Origin: Eledone cirrhosa
Lineage: Eukaryota
Assembly: GCA_964016885.1 (NCBI GenBank)
Contig: OZ024747.1
Coordinates: 37,634,001 to 37,698,000 of the forward strand
DNA: 64,000 bases
Reading direction: 5' to 3'
Numbering within the stretch: position 1 is the stretch's first letter; each line of letters opens with the position of its first letter. The notes beneath the pieces were generated by a model. That model saw only the letters and a list, made by a program, of their open reading frames with translations. It ran no database searches and was not told the DNA's origin. Positions 41,091 through 53,266 of the stretch are shown here, in pieces. The position numbers were made by a program, and so were the translations under genes.

Positions 41091-41096
<6 letters not shown>
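38092..41096 (-). mobile_element. Penelope-like element family 2 with inverted pseudo-LTR
   Basis: Open RT-GIY-YIG frame. About 40765-41095 is the reverse complement of about 38148-38480. (TA)n on both sides; a further terminal fragment at 41138-41350. HHR-like core CUGACGA-U-GUUGCA(GAUG)UGCAAC-GAAA at 38368-38395(-) and 40850-40877(+). Confidence 0.95.
38668..40764 (-). CDS. PLE reverse transcriptase + C-terminal GIY-YIG endonuclease (5'-truncated)
   Basis: LYGLRKDHK, RPV, MDVVSLYPSI, QNEGAAIG, RYVDD, Cys-rich linker, VVYSIRC...YIGET...ERIDQH...EH, LN. No internal stops. The first ~65 aa of the listed 763-aa ORF come from the inverted arm. Confidence 0.9.
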   Translation of the reverse strand, partial: DSMPNYIEAMQPHITNTSEVAQLTHDGREKILNAHMMMWTDILKPSRRTANNFQASNNGIPPLYGLRKDHKTVDDPTIGPPTRPVCGANIASNYRISYFLSMVIRPIIKMSPDVCESTEDLLSRISECNKNRSLSNCIIGSMDVVSLYPSINIDFAVKRCVEMIIESEVEFCDVDTDELGLLLRLTYDTDYLDSHDLRCFCPSRPIRGRPPTITSMAKKTPIGRWIGWTKAIRTPQNTDQVRKMVAHAIGASIKTTLKGHIFKFNEKIYTQNEGAAIGVSIAGDVANLFMVWWERRLKDLLNESSIDLIMYSRYVDDINIVIRTPPLESTNKFDLERSTMESIQQIANSIHQSITVTIDFPSKHPNNRLPVLDTELWINTIDERAQILHSHYAKPMASKYLILKNSAMSSSAKFNILIADLVRVMKNVSSMCDPTEMEGHIQHFINRMQFSGYNQRDRVRVYEGAMEKYKTLIELDMKGICPLYRSKSWNSLDRARHKIGKATSWYDNQRYQSVMFVDATPGGKLANQCRKALRKTHLKIKVVEKPGTTIKSLISKTYPFKKTHCTNRKCIICKVNPRINCKTRNVVYSIRCTEGTCRNTTTTYIGETARSIGERIDQHWGELKGRKNGSVLYEHARQHHDGNIDNIEIRIISKHRNDPADRQIREASEIEIRRPQLNRKNEWNNNNTQTNNTDLREV

Positions 41097-41143
<47 letters not shown>

Positions 41144-41502
41144 TTGCGAGGTTTTTGATATGAAATCGCGTGTCGAAACAAATATTGTTATACTTGGGGA
41201 GGGTCATATTGTTGTAATAATATTGCCAGAATTAATAACAGAACACACTCACTGTTTGGTTGGTTTTCGCTTCTGTATCTTTCATATCTCCACAGTTAAT
41301 TCAGTTGGTCCTCAATGTTTATCATTGACTGACCAACGGTAAAAAATACAGGATTTGATCAGAGGTAAATAATGTAATGGAGATCGAGTGACGCAACTTC
41401 GAGCGATTAGCGGTCTCTAGACTCACCTGATCAATGAAACAATTGTTAATACCTGAAATAAAGCCCCTTGTTGTACAGCAAACCATGTTACTCTTCAATC
41501 TT

Positions 41503-41578
<76 letters not shown>

Positions 41579-41606
41579 TATATAAGTGTGTGTGTGTGTG
41601 CACGTG

Positions 41607-41683
<77 letters not shown>

Positions 41684-41685
41684 GC

Positions 41686-42263
41686 AGGTGTCTGTGACCT
41701 ATATACACCGGTCACATACACTTAGAAACCCTTTCTATTTAGTAAGATACAGTAATGCTGTATTCATTTCTTTGAAGTCAGCGGTTATAATTTCATTTAA
41801 CAACACCAACAGCTCTCTCTCTCTTCCATTTTCCTTCTCTATCTCCTCTCTTTCTCTCGACGTCTCTCTCTCAGTCTACTCTCTCACAATCACCATCACC
41901 TTCTCTCTATCTTTCTCTCTCTATATTTGTGAAGGTACCCGGAAAAACCCATATCTTGGTAACCTGTGCACTGATTTACGCGAAACTTGTTTTATTCCAT
42001 TTATATTCACATTTCAAGGTCAACTTCCTTTCAAAGTATTTTCCCATTATGCGCCCTTTTGGCTGTATTACATTACAGACAAGCAGACAAGCAATCACTT
42101 TGGGTCACGTTTACTTCAAAATATTAAAAGAAAAAATCCTGTTCACTTAAAAATAATTTTAAATAATCAAAATATACACACACATGTATATAATGTGAAA
42201 TGAAACTGGAAGGACCATATATATATATGTGTGTGTGTATGTATATATATAAATGTGTATTTG

Positions 42264-42325
<62 letters not shown>

Positions 42326-42712
42326 TATGTTGGCGTCTGTGATCTATATACACTGGTCATAGACACACACACACATATATATACATACACTCACATATAT
42401 ATACACACACAACACCACCACCAGCTCTCTCTCTCTCTTCCATTCTCTTTCTCTGTCCCCTCTCCATCTCTCTATATCTCTCTTTCAGTCTACTCTCTCA
42501 CAACCACTATCTCTTTCTCTATATCCTTCTCTTTCTCTATTTATGAAGGTACCCGGAAAACCCCGTATCTCAGGAACCCGTGCTTCCATTTACTCGAAAC
42601 TTGTTTTATTCCATTTGTATTCACATTTCAAGGTCAATATCCTTTCAAAGTATTTTCCCATTATGCGTCCTTTTGGCTGTAAGCAAGCAAGCAAGCACGC
42701 AAGGAAGCAAGG

Positions 42713-42761
<49 letters not shown>

Positions 42762-42803
42762 CCTAAGGAAGCAAGCAATCACAGACTTTTAGTAATATGT
42801 AGA
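41686..42803 (-). mobile_element. Two tandem copies of a Helitron-like microsatellite-bearing repeat
   Basis: About 41686-42100 and 42332-42785 are direct repeats with a CT-rich tract and (GCAA)n. Minus-strand 5' end A|TCTACATATTACTAAAAG. Confidence 0.55.
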
Positions 42804-43052
42804 TATATTTCGATATATAAAAATATCGAGTTGTTGACCAATAAAACCTCTCGATGCAAAAAAGGCGCTAAACTACCCAGCAGAGCAGAGAGAACCCACA
42901 AGATATCTTGTACAGAAAAACACACAAAACATAAAATTGTTAGAACAATGAAATACTACTTTATATTAGCAATATGTATTTCTAATAGGAAAATATATAT
43001 TAATAAATAATACGTACACACATATATATATATATTATGTGCACTCACAGAC

Positions 43053-43209
43053 TGTTTCTAAATTTCCTGAACTGAAATTACATTTGCATATATGTGTATG
43101 TTTTTTAAAAAAGGATGGTGAATAGTTGTGACTGCTCACCTTCCTTAAAAACAAAACAAGACATACACATATATGCAAATGTAATTTCAGTTCAGGAAAT
43201 TTAGAAACA
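43053..43209. repeat. Foldback hairpin, perfect 49-bp arms
   Basis: 43053-43101 versus 43161-43209, with a further imperfect inner stem (AAGGATGGTGA/TCACCTTCCTT). Confidence 0.9.
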
Positions 43210-44225
43210 TCGATTAAATCTTCAATTCAACAGGTCTATATTATTATTACTATTATTATTATGATCTTCAATTGCAATTCTACAACTAAATGTTATACAC
43301 TAGTTGGTAAATATTTATTGGAAGATTTATATAACAATATTAAAATTGGAAGGATAAAATAACCATGATATAAAATTATCAATAATCAACAAGTCCGTGT
43401 CGCATAGTTATTATCTCCCTTTCATTACTTCCCTTACATTATTTCCCTTACATCAAAAATTATATCTTTCATGAAGCGATTATTTTCACTTTTCACTACA
43501 CTTCAAGCGCAATTCAAAAAAAAGATCTATACCCCCCCCACACGTACGTAAGCATGCGAATGAAAAAAAAATATAGGGGAAGACAGGAAAATGAACGAAT
43601 ACAGACATTAGTCCTATCTCATTAGTTGACCGAGATACGTTGTTTCGATGCTAAATTATTTTCCTTTCTTCGCCAATATTATATATATACAGTGGCGGAC
43701 TGGATCTAAAAATAGGGGTTGCCAGGAGATAAAGAGACCCACACAGAATGCTATCATTTAATTTTTAGAATGAATAATTAACCTTTTCAAAAAATACATA
43801 AGTGAAAACAAAACAGTGCAATCAAAGTTTTGCGGGGAAAAATGTGTAATTTTTACTAATTATAGTGTATATATACTGTACATATTACTGGCAGTATACA
43901 GTAATACTAAATGTTAATACAGAATGTTATAATTTAATTTTTAAATAATTGTGAATATATAGCATACTGTTATTTAGAGTAGAGTATGGAAGTGACTGGT
44001 CTTACCTTCTCCAATATAAATATAAATACCTCGTGAAATATACACATCCAGAGACTTTCAATATTTATATATAACTGGAGACTTTCAATATATATATATA
44101 ACTGGGAGTGTGTGTATGTGTGTATGTGTGTACATGTTCATGTGTATAACTAGATTTATATATATGTATATATATACCTGTTTTCAACTTGTACAAACAT
44201 TATTTGGCCAGCAGCTCGTCATCAA

Positions 44226-44271
44226 CTTCCTGATGATTTCGCACGAATGAAACACTCTAGTCCTGTAGAAG
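44226..44271 (+). ncRNA. Type I HHR motif, same family as 33649
   Basis: CUUC-CUGAUGA-UUUCG(CA)CGAAU-GAAACA-cucuagucc-UGUA|GAAG. Stem I covaries with the 33649 copy (AUUC/GAAU versus CUUC/GAAG). Confidence 0.78.
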
Positions 44272-44538
44272 CTTTTCTATATTAATAATGATTTCTTTAT
44301 TAACCACAAGGGTTTACATAAAGTAGACATTAAGGACAGTGCAGGACAATGCAGGACGGTACAAATGGGCATTTCTGCGTGTAAAAAACAAAAACAGAGG
44401 ATGTAACAAAAATAACAATGAAAAATTCCCCAATAGGGGGGAGACTTCGGAGGGACATTTGTGGAGAAAGCCCAGTAAAAAGCCACAATGACCCTGACCA
44501 CCAAGGCAAGTGCCCTCTCCCAGTTTTCCACCTTTAAT

Positions 44539-47500
44539 TTACAGATATATGCTCAGAGTAGGCCCATTCACTCGGGCCATTCTTGCTTCTCTCACCCATC
44601 TTTCAACAAAATGCTGGGAAGAGAGCACTTCCCTCTCTACTCTGATTTTCCTTTTCAAATGAAATTTGAAAAAGTCAATCAGAGCATCACCGAAGAGGTA
44701 AGTGCTCGTCTTCAGCCCTTTCAAACGTGTCCACCATACTATCTCTTTCGCCATGGCCACCAGACAGATAAAAACTGCCTGCCCTTCCCGGCTAAAGGAG
44801 GAGGGCGGGGCAATCCTCACGATGGACTCAGATGATAGCTGGATCCGTCCTAAACGCGACAGCAGGTGTTCGACATAAACCCACAAGTCAGCAATTTTCG
44901 GACACTGGACGAGTGCGTGCAGGACGGTTTCGTCGCCCTGCGCGCATCTCGGACATGCCCGGCTGACGGCACCTCCATGCCTGTAGAGTTTATCCCGAAC
45001 TGGCAAGGCTCCTCGGTAGCACTGCCAGGCCAGAGATTTCTGGAAGTTGTCCATAGGCCCTGGCCCGAAAGTTCTTCCGAAGAGATTGGCTAGTTGATTT
45101 TCGTCGACGCCTAGAGTTTCCCCAAGTACGTCGTCGCTCTTCCCCTCCACTAATCCTCTATAGAACGCCGAGGTGGAGTTTCCACCGATCACATTGCCCG
45201 ATTGGTCGAGGGCTGTGAGCGCCTGAAGACATTCCAGTCTCCAGGCGCTCCCTCTCGGTCTTCGCTTGACCCAGGACTGCAGCTCCGTCAAGGAAACGAG
45301 CTGGGGAAAAACGCGTCTAGCAAACCGCGACCACACCTGATCACCGTCGAGGAAGAGGTGGAGATGTCGTAGCCTGAGCGCGTGCCTGCGCATCATCAGC
45401 CACGGCATGCCCAGCCCTCCACGTAGCGGGTGTTGACAACAGATGGACCGCCTGACCATCGGAGCACGTCCCTTCCACAAAAAGCGAAAGAGCAAACGCT
45501 CCAGCGCAGTCAGGCGAGGCTTAGGACAAGGTACGACGGTTAGGCGGTAGCAGATGACAGACGCGATGTACGCGTTAGCCACCTCCGCTCGACCTTTCAG
45601 GGATAGCTTCCTCTCCGCCCATTTCTGGGTGAGAGAAGCCACCCTGCTCGTCACCTCGTCCCAGTTTTTGTCCGTCTGGAGGTCCGGACCGAACCAGACC
45701 CCTAGCAATTTAACCGGTCCGTCCGTCCAGCGCCCGACGACGCTGTTGGACGGCATGGACCTGCCTCTCCAGGTGCCGAGCTGCAGGCCCACTGACTTTT
45801 CCTGGTTGATCATTGCTCCTGTCACCGCTTCGTATTCTCTTAGTGTAGTGCCGATCGCCTCGATGTGTTTGGCGTTCGACACCACTACGGTGACATCGTC
45901 CGCATATGCTGACACGGATCTTCCGCATCCTAGTTCGCGCGGGACTCCCCTCAACGTCTCCAGTTTGTGCAGTAATGGCTCGAGCGTCAATACGTACAAG
46001 AGGGACGAGAGGGGACATCCTTGGCGGACAGAGCGCATGATGTTGAACGGTTCCGACAGGTGACCGTTCACTCTCACCACAGAGCAGATGTCGCTGTGCA
46101 TGGCAGCGATCCAGCCTCTGAAGACGGGCCCAAAGCCAGCCGCCCTCAGGACTGCCGCTAGGTAACGATGGTCGACCCTATCGAAAGCTTTCGACTGATC
46201 TAAATTGATCAAGGACCCACCCGTGCCAGGTTCCCTAGCTACCCTCTCTACGATGTATCGCATGAGGTGGAGGTTGTCGTGGATGGATCTGTCGGGAATG
46301 GCGCATGTCTGCGCCTCTCCCACCAGACCACCAACGACAAGCGCCACCTCTTTGCTAGCACCTTGGCCAAAATCTTAAACTCTGTGTTTAGCAGAGTTAT
46401 GGGCCGGAAATTGTCTATGTTATCCCCCTTGTTCGGATCCTTTCTCAGCAGTGCCACCGCTCCTCGGCTCACAGAACTGGGAATTCTCCCGTTCTGTTGC
46501 CAGTTGCAGTAGACGTCCGCCAAGAGGCCTCCGAAAAAGTCTGGCATCTGTACGTAAAGTTCATAGGGCAGACCATCCAAACCAGGCGATTTACCCCTTG
46601 TGCAGCCAGTCATTGCCTCCCTTACTTCAGCGGCTGTTATCGGCTTTTCGCAACACTTCGCCTCAGTGGCCGAGAGCCGCGGCAGTCCGTCGAGGTAGAC
46701 ACTAAAGTCCATCCCTCTACCCGGCCCACCGCTGCCCCCGAACAGCTGAGCGAAGTGTCGCTGAAAAGCTTCACACATTTGCCCGGGATCGAGTAGCATG
46801 CGCCCGTCGTGGTCCACCAAAGACCGGATCGTGGCTTTGTTGCCACGACGCGCCTCCGCCACTCGGGCCCATTGAACGGCTTTCGTCTCCTCGTGTCTGA
46901 GAGCACGCACCCTTGCTCTGACAACGCAGCCTTCGTGCTTTGCATTGAAGAATTGGTCAAGGGCCAATTTCGCCGCAAGCACGTCGGTCGCAATGCCTTT
47001 GCTAAGCGCCTCGTCTAATTTTCTAACTAATTCTCCCTCTGCTCTATTTTTCTCTATTGCTAAAGTCCTACTAAACCTAATGGACTCTATTCTAATTGCT
47101 CTTTTCAGAGCAAACCACCACTTGTTGTTGACGATGGCCCCCGTCAACGCCCGCTTAACTAGTTCGCTAATCCGGTCTCTGTAGGCCTTGCGCGCTGGTA
47201 AGGACGCGTTTAGCTTCCAGTAGCCGGGTCCTCGTCTATGAAGCCTATCTAAGTCAAGCACACAGGTCACGAATTTGTGGTCCGTGTAGCTGACTATCTT
47301 GAATTGTGGACAGCCTATGCTAGACCTATCTATTTCCCTACAAAATACTCTATCTAGATATGATCTGGATGACCCTATGCGGTTTGTCCAAGTCCACATT
47401 GGCACATTCGGGAAATCCAATCGGTACCTGTCAGACAGTTCAAAACGCCTAGCAGGTTGGTGAGGCTCTTGCACCCTCCACCCCTATCCGCTAATCCCAC

Positions 47501-47956
47501 ACAGTCCCAGCGTGCATCTAAGATCCCGTTCCAGTCGCCCACTAACACTAAAGAGCGGGACGTTCCAAGAAAGGTCTCCAGACGCCGGAAGAAATCAGGC
47601 CGCCCTGCTCCTGTCGGGGCATAGACGGCCACTAGCCTGAAAGCTTGCCCGTCTCCGCTGGTCACGTCCAGCACCACCAGCTTACCCTCTGGGTCCAGGA
47701 AGATGGCCCGTATGGCGAGATCCAAACCTCTCCAAAAAAGCACAGCAACTCCTCCACCGGATCCAGGACGGCTGGGAGATGCGTACACATCGTAGCCGCC
47801 GAAGATCGGTGCGAAGGCCCGTGCTTCGGAGATTCTGGTCTCGCTGATGGCCACTACATCTATGTTTAGTGACCTGAGGTCGTTGAGCAGGTGACCCTGC
47901 TTCCATGACGACCCCAAGCCACGCGCATTTATGATGCCTATTCTGAGTGAGGTCAT
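44539..47956 (-). pseudogene. Tx1-like ORF2 (APE-RT-zinc knuckle), two frameshifts
   Basis: INARGL, ISET, GDWN, TDH, GPGYWKLN, KSPGLDG, FRPITLLN, DQSKAFDRV, VRQGCPLS, YADD, CPRC...HALVQC. Split over ORFs 47375-47956, 46248-47474 and 44539-46347. Confidence 0.92.
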
Positions 47957-47991
47957 GTTTAAAATAGAGTGGAAAAGATGGGAAAGACCAC

Positions 47992-50062
47992 TTACCGTAC
48001 TTTTGGTAGAGGAGGGATGGTTTTTACATCCCTTTTCACTTGATCGTCTGGTGAAGGGACCGTTGAATCGTCCCTTCGGCTGGTCGTCGGCTCTTCTAAG
48101 AGAATATCTGAGTATACTCTTCGATTGATGGTTCCTCCTAGGTCCCTGAAATCACCAACTGCGTTGGGGAATTTCGTTTTAATATTTGTGTATTGTTTCT
48201 GTGCTATTTTTAGCAGTCTTATGTTAGTTGGCGTTTTGATTGGTGCTGGTATTATGTAGTCCTGTTGTGAAATGTCTGTGTGTTCAATTATGTAAGTCAT
48301 TAGTTTCTTGTTGTGTGTATTTATTGCCGTGCATTTGTTTTTCTGGGGGTGGGGTGTGGTTCTGCTATTTTCTTGTCGTTGTTGCTGGGTGTGTGTGTTT
48401 TGTTGTTGTGTTTGCGATGTTGGTGCTTGTGGTGGTGGTGTTAAAGGTGTTGTTGGCGGTGGGGTTGTCGCCGGTGGTGATGGTGGTGCTAGTGTGGGTG
48501 GTGATGGTGTTGGTGTTGTTGCTGCTGTGGGTCTCTTTGCAGTAGACTTTACCCTTTTCTCATTTCTTTCCTCCCTTTTCAAAGGCGACGATGCGCTGCT
48601 TCTGCGTTTGTGCCTTCTTACGACCTTTTGCCATCCCTCTCCCACCTCACACTCCATGTCTGATTCTGTGAGGTCGGGGAGGGGTACCAGCTCCACTCTT
48701 TCACTTGTTGTTGTTGGTGATGTTTGCACTGGAGTCTCTGTTGCAGCTGCATTTGGTATTGCTGTTGTTGTTGTTAATATTTCCACTGCTGCTGCTGTTT
48801 TTGATTTCCGTGGAGTGGGTATGGGTGCCACGGACCTATCGTTCCTGGTTGCCGCTTGTCCTGTTGCTGGTAGCCGTGGAGCCGGATTCGGAAGGAGGGG
48901 GGTTTTCTCCTTTCTCAGGGTCTTCTCGTTGCAGAAGGCCCTGAGGTGAGTCTTCGATCCACAGCGAAAGCATTTGGGGCGTTTGCCCTCAACACTTGTG
49001 GGCAGTTGAGTGCCGTTATCGAAGTCTATCACATCCGGGATAGCTTCGATGCACTCCTGGTTGGTTTGGATTAGCATCTCAATGGAGGAGCCGACCCAAT
49101 CTTCTCTTACTTTTTTCTGTACTTGCAGTACAGTTGTTTTGTCCTCGATTCCGACGAGGACAGACGCGGCCAGCCAAGAAGGGGTCATTCCGGGGGGGAC
49201 GTGGGTCAGTTTGACCCTCACAATTTTTTGCCCGCAGTAGGAGGGCACCAACACCATTTCCTCGCTCCTTAGGGTCACTACTGATTGGGCCTTTGCCTCC
49301 TGGGGTGTGGCAAAAAGTACGTCTACAGTGGCATATTATTTTGCCTCGAGTGATGTGCGTTTTCCGCTGCCACACAGACCCCAAGGCTTTTTGTATTTGG
49401 GCCTCTATGGCTCTTTCCACCCTACGGGAATTTGTACTTACTGTACGGTACGTGACCGTACAGTGCTCTTGGGTTTCGAAAAATTTTTCCGCTGCCTTGC
49501 AGATTGCTCGGTGTCCGTTCTTTGTCACCATCTTCTTCGCTTCCTCTAATTCCTCATTTGTTATGAGGATTGTTTCCAAGTTTTTCGCAATACCTGCAAA
49601 TGAGATTGGTTTTTCTCTGCTGTTGTTGTTGTCGTCAGAGCTGCTGGTACTTTTGTTGTTGCTGCAGGTACTACGACTACTGCCTCCGCCGCTGTTGCTG
49701 TGGTTGTTGTTGGTGTTGCTGCTGCTAATGCTGTTGTTGTTTATGCTGCTGGTGATGCTGTTGCGGCTGCTACTGTTGTTTTCATTGTCACTGTTGCTGT
49801 TGTTATTACGGCTGCTACTGCTATTATTCCTGACGTCAGACGAATGAACTGGGTTTTCGTATTTCCCGCACACCTGTTTCGTCGCTGTCGTCGTCATCGT
49901 GGAGAAACCTTGCACGCTTTGCACGAGACTTTTCTTTTCTTTCGTCACTTGCGAAAGAGAAGGGAGGGAGAGAGACAATCTTCTCTCTGCTGTAGTGATG
50001 ATTGAGGAAGAAGAAGACGGAATGAGTGGGAGTGACGTATGAAATTTCTTTTTCGTAGCCAT
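47992..50062 (-). pseudogene. Tx1-like ORF1, one frameshift near 49280
   Basis: CFRCGSKTHLRAFC knuckle, SFA and WQKVVRR motifs, S/N- and P/T-rich tracts; lies directly upstream of ORF2. Confidence 0.8.
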
Positions 50063-51264
50063 GTTGTTTTTTGTTTAAAATGAAATTTTGGGTACAAAAC
50101 CCCAATAACTGGTTATTTAACCCCGAAGGGCCAAATAACGGACAGAAAGACTCCTCTCACGAGGAGGAGGGTGTCTTTATCAACAATTTGGTTCAAGTTT
50201 TAAACAATTTACAATTGTTTTAACGGTTAAAAATTACTATACCTTACAGAGCCGAGCCTCCGTCAACCATAGCATTCAATAATAATAATAATAATATATA
50301 TATATATATATATATGATGGCTGCCCCCTCGTTATCGAGTATGGCCATTGCACGATATAATATTATTAATAGTTATCAATTAATGGTATCGTGCAATGTC
50401 TGTGCGTGGAGATTTTTTTTAACGTGAGGAAAAACTGTGCACTGAGCCAATCCCACTCTATGGGCTACAGTAGCTATAATCCGAAAAAAAGAAAAGATCA
50501 ACATCATCGGTAACTACTGAGCCGCAGGTTTTATGTCGGAGTTATCCCAGTTTCCTGAGTTGCCTTCTCCTAGAAGAATGCTCTGACAAAGGCTAGTGGT
50601 CCTTCACTCCCAGTGGTTTAACCGCGCGATTGGGTATCCAGCCCGAATATTTCTATGTCCCCGCGCATATACATACATATGCATACACATACATACATAC
50701 ATACATACATACATACATACATACATACATACAAACATACACACATACATACATACAAAGTGAAGGCGCGTGGCTTAGTGGTTAGAACATTGGACTTTCA
50801 ATCGAAAGGTTGTGAGTTCAATTCTCAGACCGGGTGATGTGTTGTTTCCTTGAGCAAGACACTTTATTTCACGTTGCTCCAGTTTACTCAGCTGTAGAAA
50901 CGAGATGATAGGACTGGGGTCCCTCTCACTAAATTACCTAAGGCCCCTCCAACGAGATATACCTTGGAGGAGGCCAGCTAAACCTGCATAGGTGTGAGCT
51001 ATCACACACACATACATACACATGTACATACACATTTTTGGATGGTCGTTGACTCTTATGAGTTCTTCTGCCTTTTGTCAATCTTGTTTTTTGTCCTGCA
51101 GGGTGTTCAAAATCACCGTCCTCACCAAGTAAACTTGGCGGGGTTGCCGGTTTAGTCGACGGCCCGAACTTGCGTAGGTTGGACTGCATTATATATATAT
51201 ATATATAACAAATTATAAAGTAAGAAGTAATAGACGCAGATATATACCTATTTTTTCTTCAAAA

Positions 51265-51355
51265 TTCCGACTGTACAGTTTCGCTGGTCAGTTTGCAACA
51301 ATTGCACATTATAGATGTGCAATATTGTTGTGAGGCAAACCAGCTTATCAAGGAA
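51265..51355 (-). ncRNA. Type I HHR motif, U3-A8 core, extended stem II
   Basis: UUCC-UUGAUAA-GCUGGU...ACCAGC-GAAAC-UGUACA-GUC|GGAA. Degenerate copy at ~52500-52591(+). Confidence 0.82.
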
Positions 51356-51656
51356 CACCCCAGGGAAAGAGCGCTTTCTAGACATGTATGTAGCAAGTGA
51401 GAGAATCTCAAAAGGCGGAGGGAGAAATTATCACGTGATACACCGCTCAAGAATCCCTTGAAAAATATCTCAGAAGGCGGAGGGAGAAATTAATGCATGA
51501 TAGCGCGGTTACAGGGGCGAAGTAAGGTTGACTGAAAGTGATGATAGTTTTTGTTTAAGAAGTAGTTAGTACACTTTTGGGTTAACTCAACCGTAAGGAA
51601 GTTTGAGACAATATCATAACGAGAGACACACATATACATGTGTATACATACATACA

Positions 51657-51741
<85 letters not shown>

Positions 51742-51871
51742 TCACAAGTATGTGAGTGTGTATGGTGTCGACCTTAACCACTTTTGCTCTATGACTACGA
51801 GAGACAAAATAATCGAAATAATTATATTGACTCGATATCAGTGCTATGTAACAAATTATAAAATAAGAAGT

Positions 51872-52276
51872 TATAACAGGGTTGACTGGGTTGTATGAAT
51901 ATAACAAGACACTCGGTTGTATGTACAATGTTTATTTAACAAAGTTGAGTTATGTAGAGCAGAATAGTTGACATGCCAAGAGAGATGAAAGAATGAATTA
52001 AAGTTAGTTGTTTACCGTTTTGAAGTCATCTCGCAAGAGACTAAGTGGTCTTTACATTACCATGTTCAGGTTGCCAGAGAGTATAGCCTCGGCGAACGCG
52101 CCGGGCAGAAGGGCCAGGCAGGTTAAAAGAGAGGGAGAGAGCTGAAAGCTCTCTCCTTTATAGGGGTCCCTGGACAGAAGTGACAAAGAAGGCTCTGCCA
52201 CCTCAACGGGAAGTAACTCCAGCTACTTCTTGTCTAGAGAGCGCTACTGGTGATAAGGGAGGCAACTCTTGCTACA
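51872..52276 (-). mobile_element. Solo LTR (405 bp) with 4-bp TSD
   Basis: TSD AAGT at 51868-51871 and 52277-52280; ends TATAAC...GCTACA; minus-strand TATAAA near 52160 and AATAAA near 51933. Confidence 0.8.
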
Positions 52277-52820
52277 AAGTAATAGACACAGATATATACC
52301 TATTTTCTCTTCAATCCCACTTGTAACCGCAGTATCATGTATTAATTTCTCTCTCCGCCTTCTGAGATATTTTTCACTTGCTACAAGGGACTTAGTGCCC
52401 TTTCTTGACCGGTGTATCACGTGATAATCTCTCCCTCTGCCTTTTGAGATGTTCTCACTTGCTCCGAACGTGTCTAGAAAGCGCTCTTTCCTTGAGGAGT
52501 TCCTTTGAGAAGCTGGTTTGCCTCACAACAATGTTACACCTCTATGATGTAAACTTGTTCCATACTGACCAACAAAGCTGTACAGTCGGGACATTGAGGA
52601 AAAAATAGGTATAAATCTGTGTCTATTACTTCTTACTTTATAATTTGTTACATAGCTCTGATATCGATTCAATATAATTATTTCGATTATTTTGTCTCTC
52701 GTAGTGATAGAGCAAAACTGGTTAAGGTCGACAACACACACACTCACATACTTGTGATAAAAAATATATATACTTGTTTATGTATGTATACACATGTATA
52801 TGTGTGTCTCTCATTGTGAT

Positions 52821-52907
<87 letters not shown>

Positions 52908-52949
52908 TAATTAAAAATATTAACAAAAATAGACGAGTGATAAAGTATA

Positions 52950-53012
52950 TTTTATTATACATATTTCAGAGGTACTGAGCTATCTTCAACAGTACGTCCT
53001 CATCAGATAAAA
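52950..53012 (-). ncRNA. Type I HHR motif
   Basis: UUUUAU-CUGAUGA-GGA-C-GUACUG...CAGUAC-C-UCU-GAAA-UAUGUAUA|AUAAAA. Confidence 0.68.
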
Positions 53013-53171
53013 AAAGATGATGCATGACATACCCTGATTAAGTAGAGGGTTAAAATTCAGTCATGGCAGTGAATAAGATATGACAAAAGTCTTATTGTGG
53101 AGTGCTTCTAATCTATTGTAAAACTTTATTCTTTGATTTATTCATTGAACCTTGTTTAACCTTTAAATATA

Positions 53172-53261
<90 letters not shown>

Positions 53262-53266
<5 letters not shown>

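Larger units (their letters stand above)
44286..50225 (-). mobile_element. Tx1/L1-clade LINE, near full length
   Basis: Two-ORF structure, GC-rich ORF2, AATAAA near 44300, only three frameshifts seen. Confidence 0.92.
51206..52824. mobile_element. Tandem + inverted non-coding HHR element (retrozyme-like)
   Basis: Unit start recurs at 51206 and 51847. The minus arm continues to ~52314 across an LTR insertion, and the plus arm is 52315-52824. Flanked by (TA)n. Confidence 0.75.

Noticed and set aside
48240-49847. Plus-strand hydrophobic ORFs of 100-213 aa
   Set aside because: Antisense shadows of low-complexity Tx1 ORF1.
50320-50660. Possible HDV-like ribozyme in an RTE 5' UTR-like remnant
   Set aside because: I could not build the double pseudoknot by eye; it would need an Infernal or RNArobo search.
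50763-50835. tRNA gene
   Set aside because: A/B boxes continue into the SINE family A body; no full cloverleaf.
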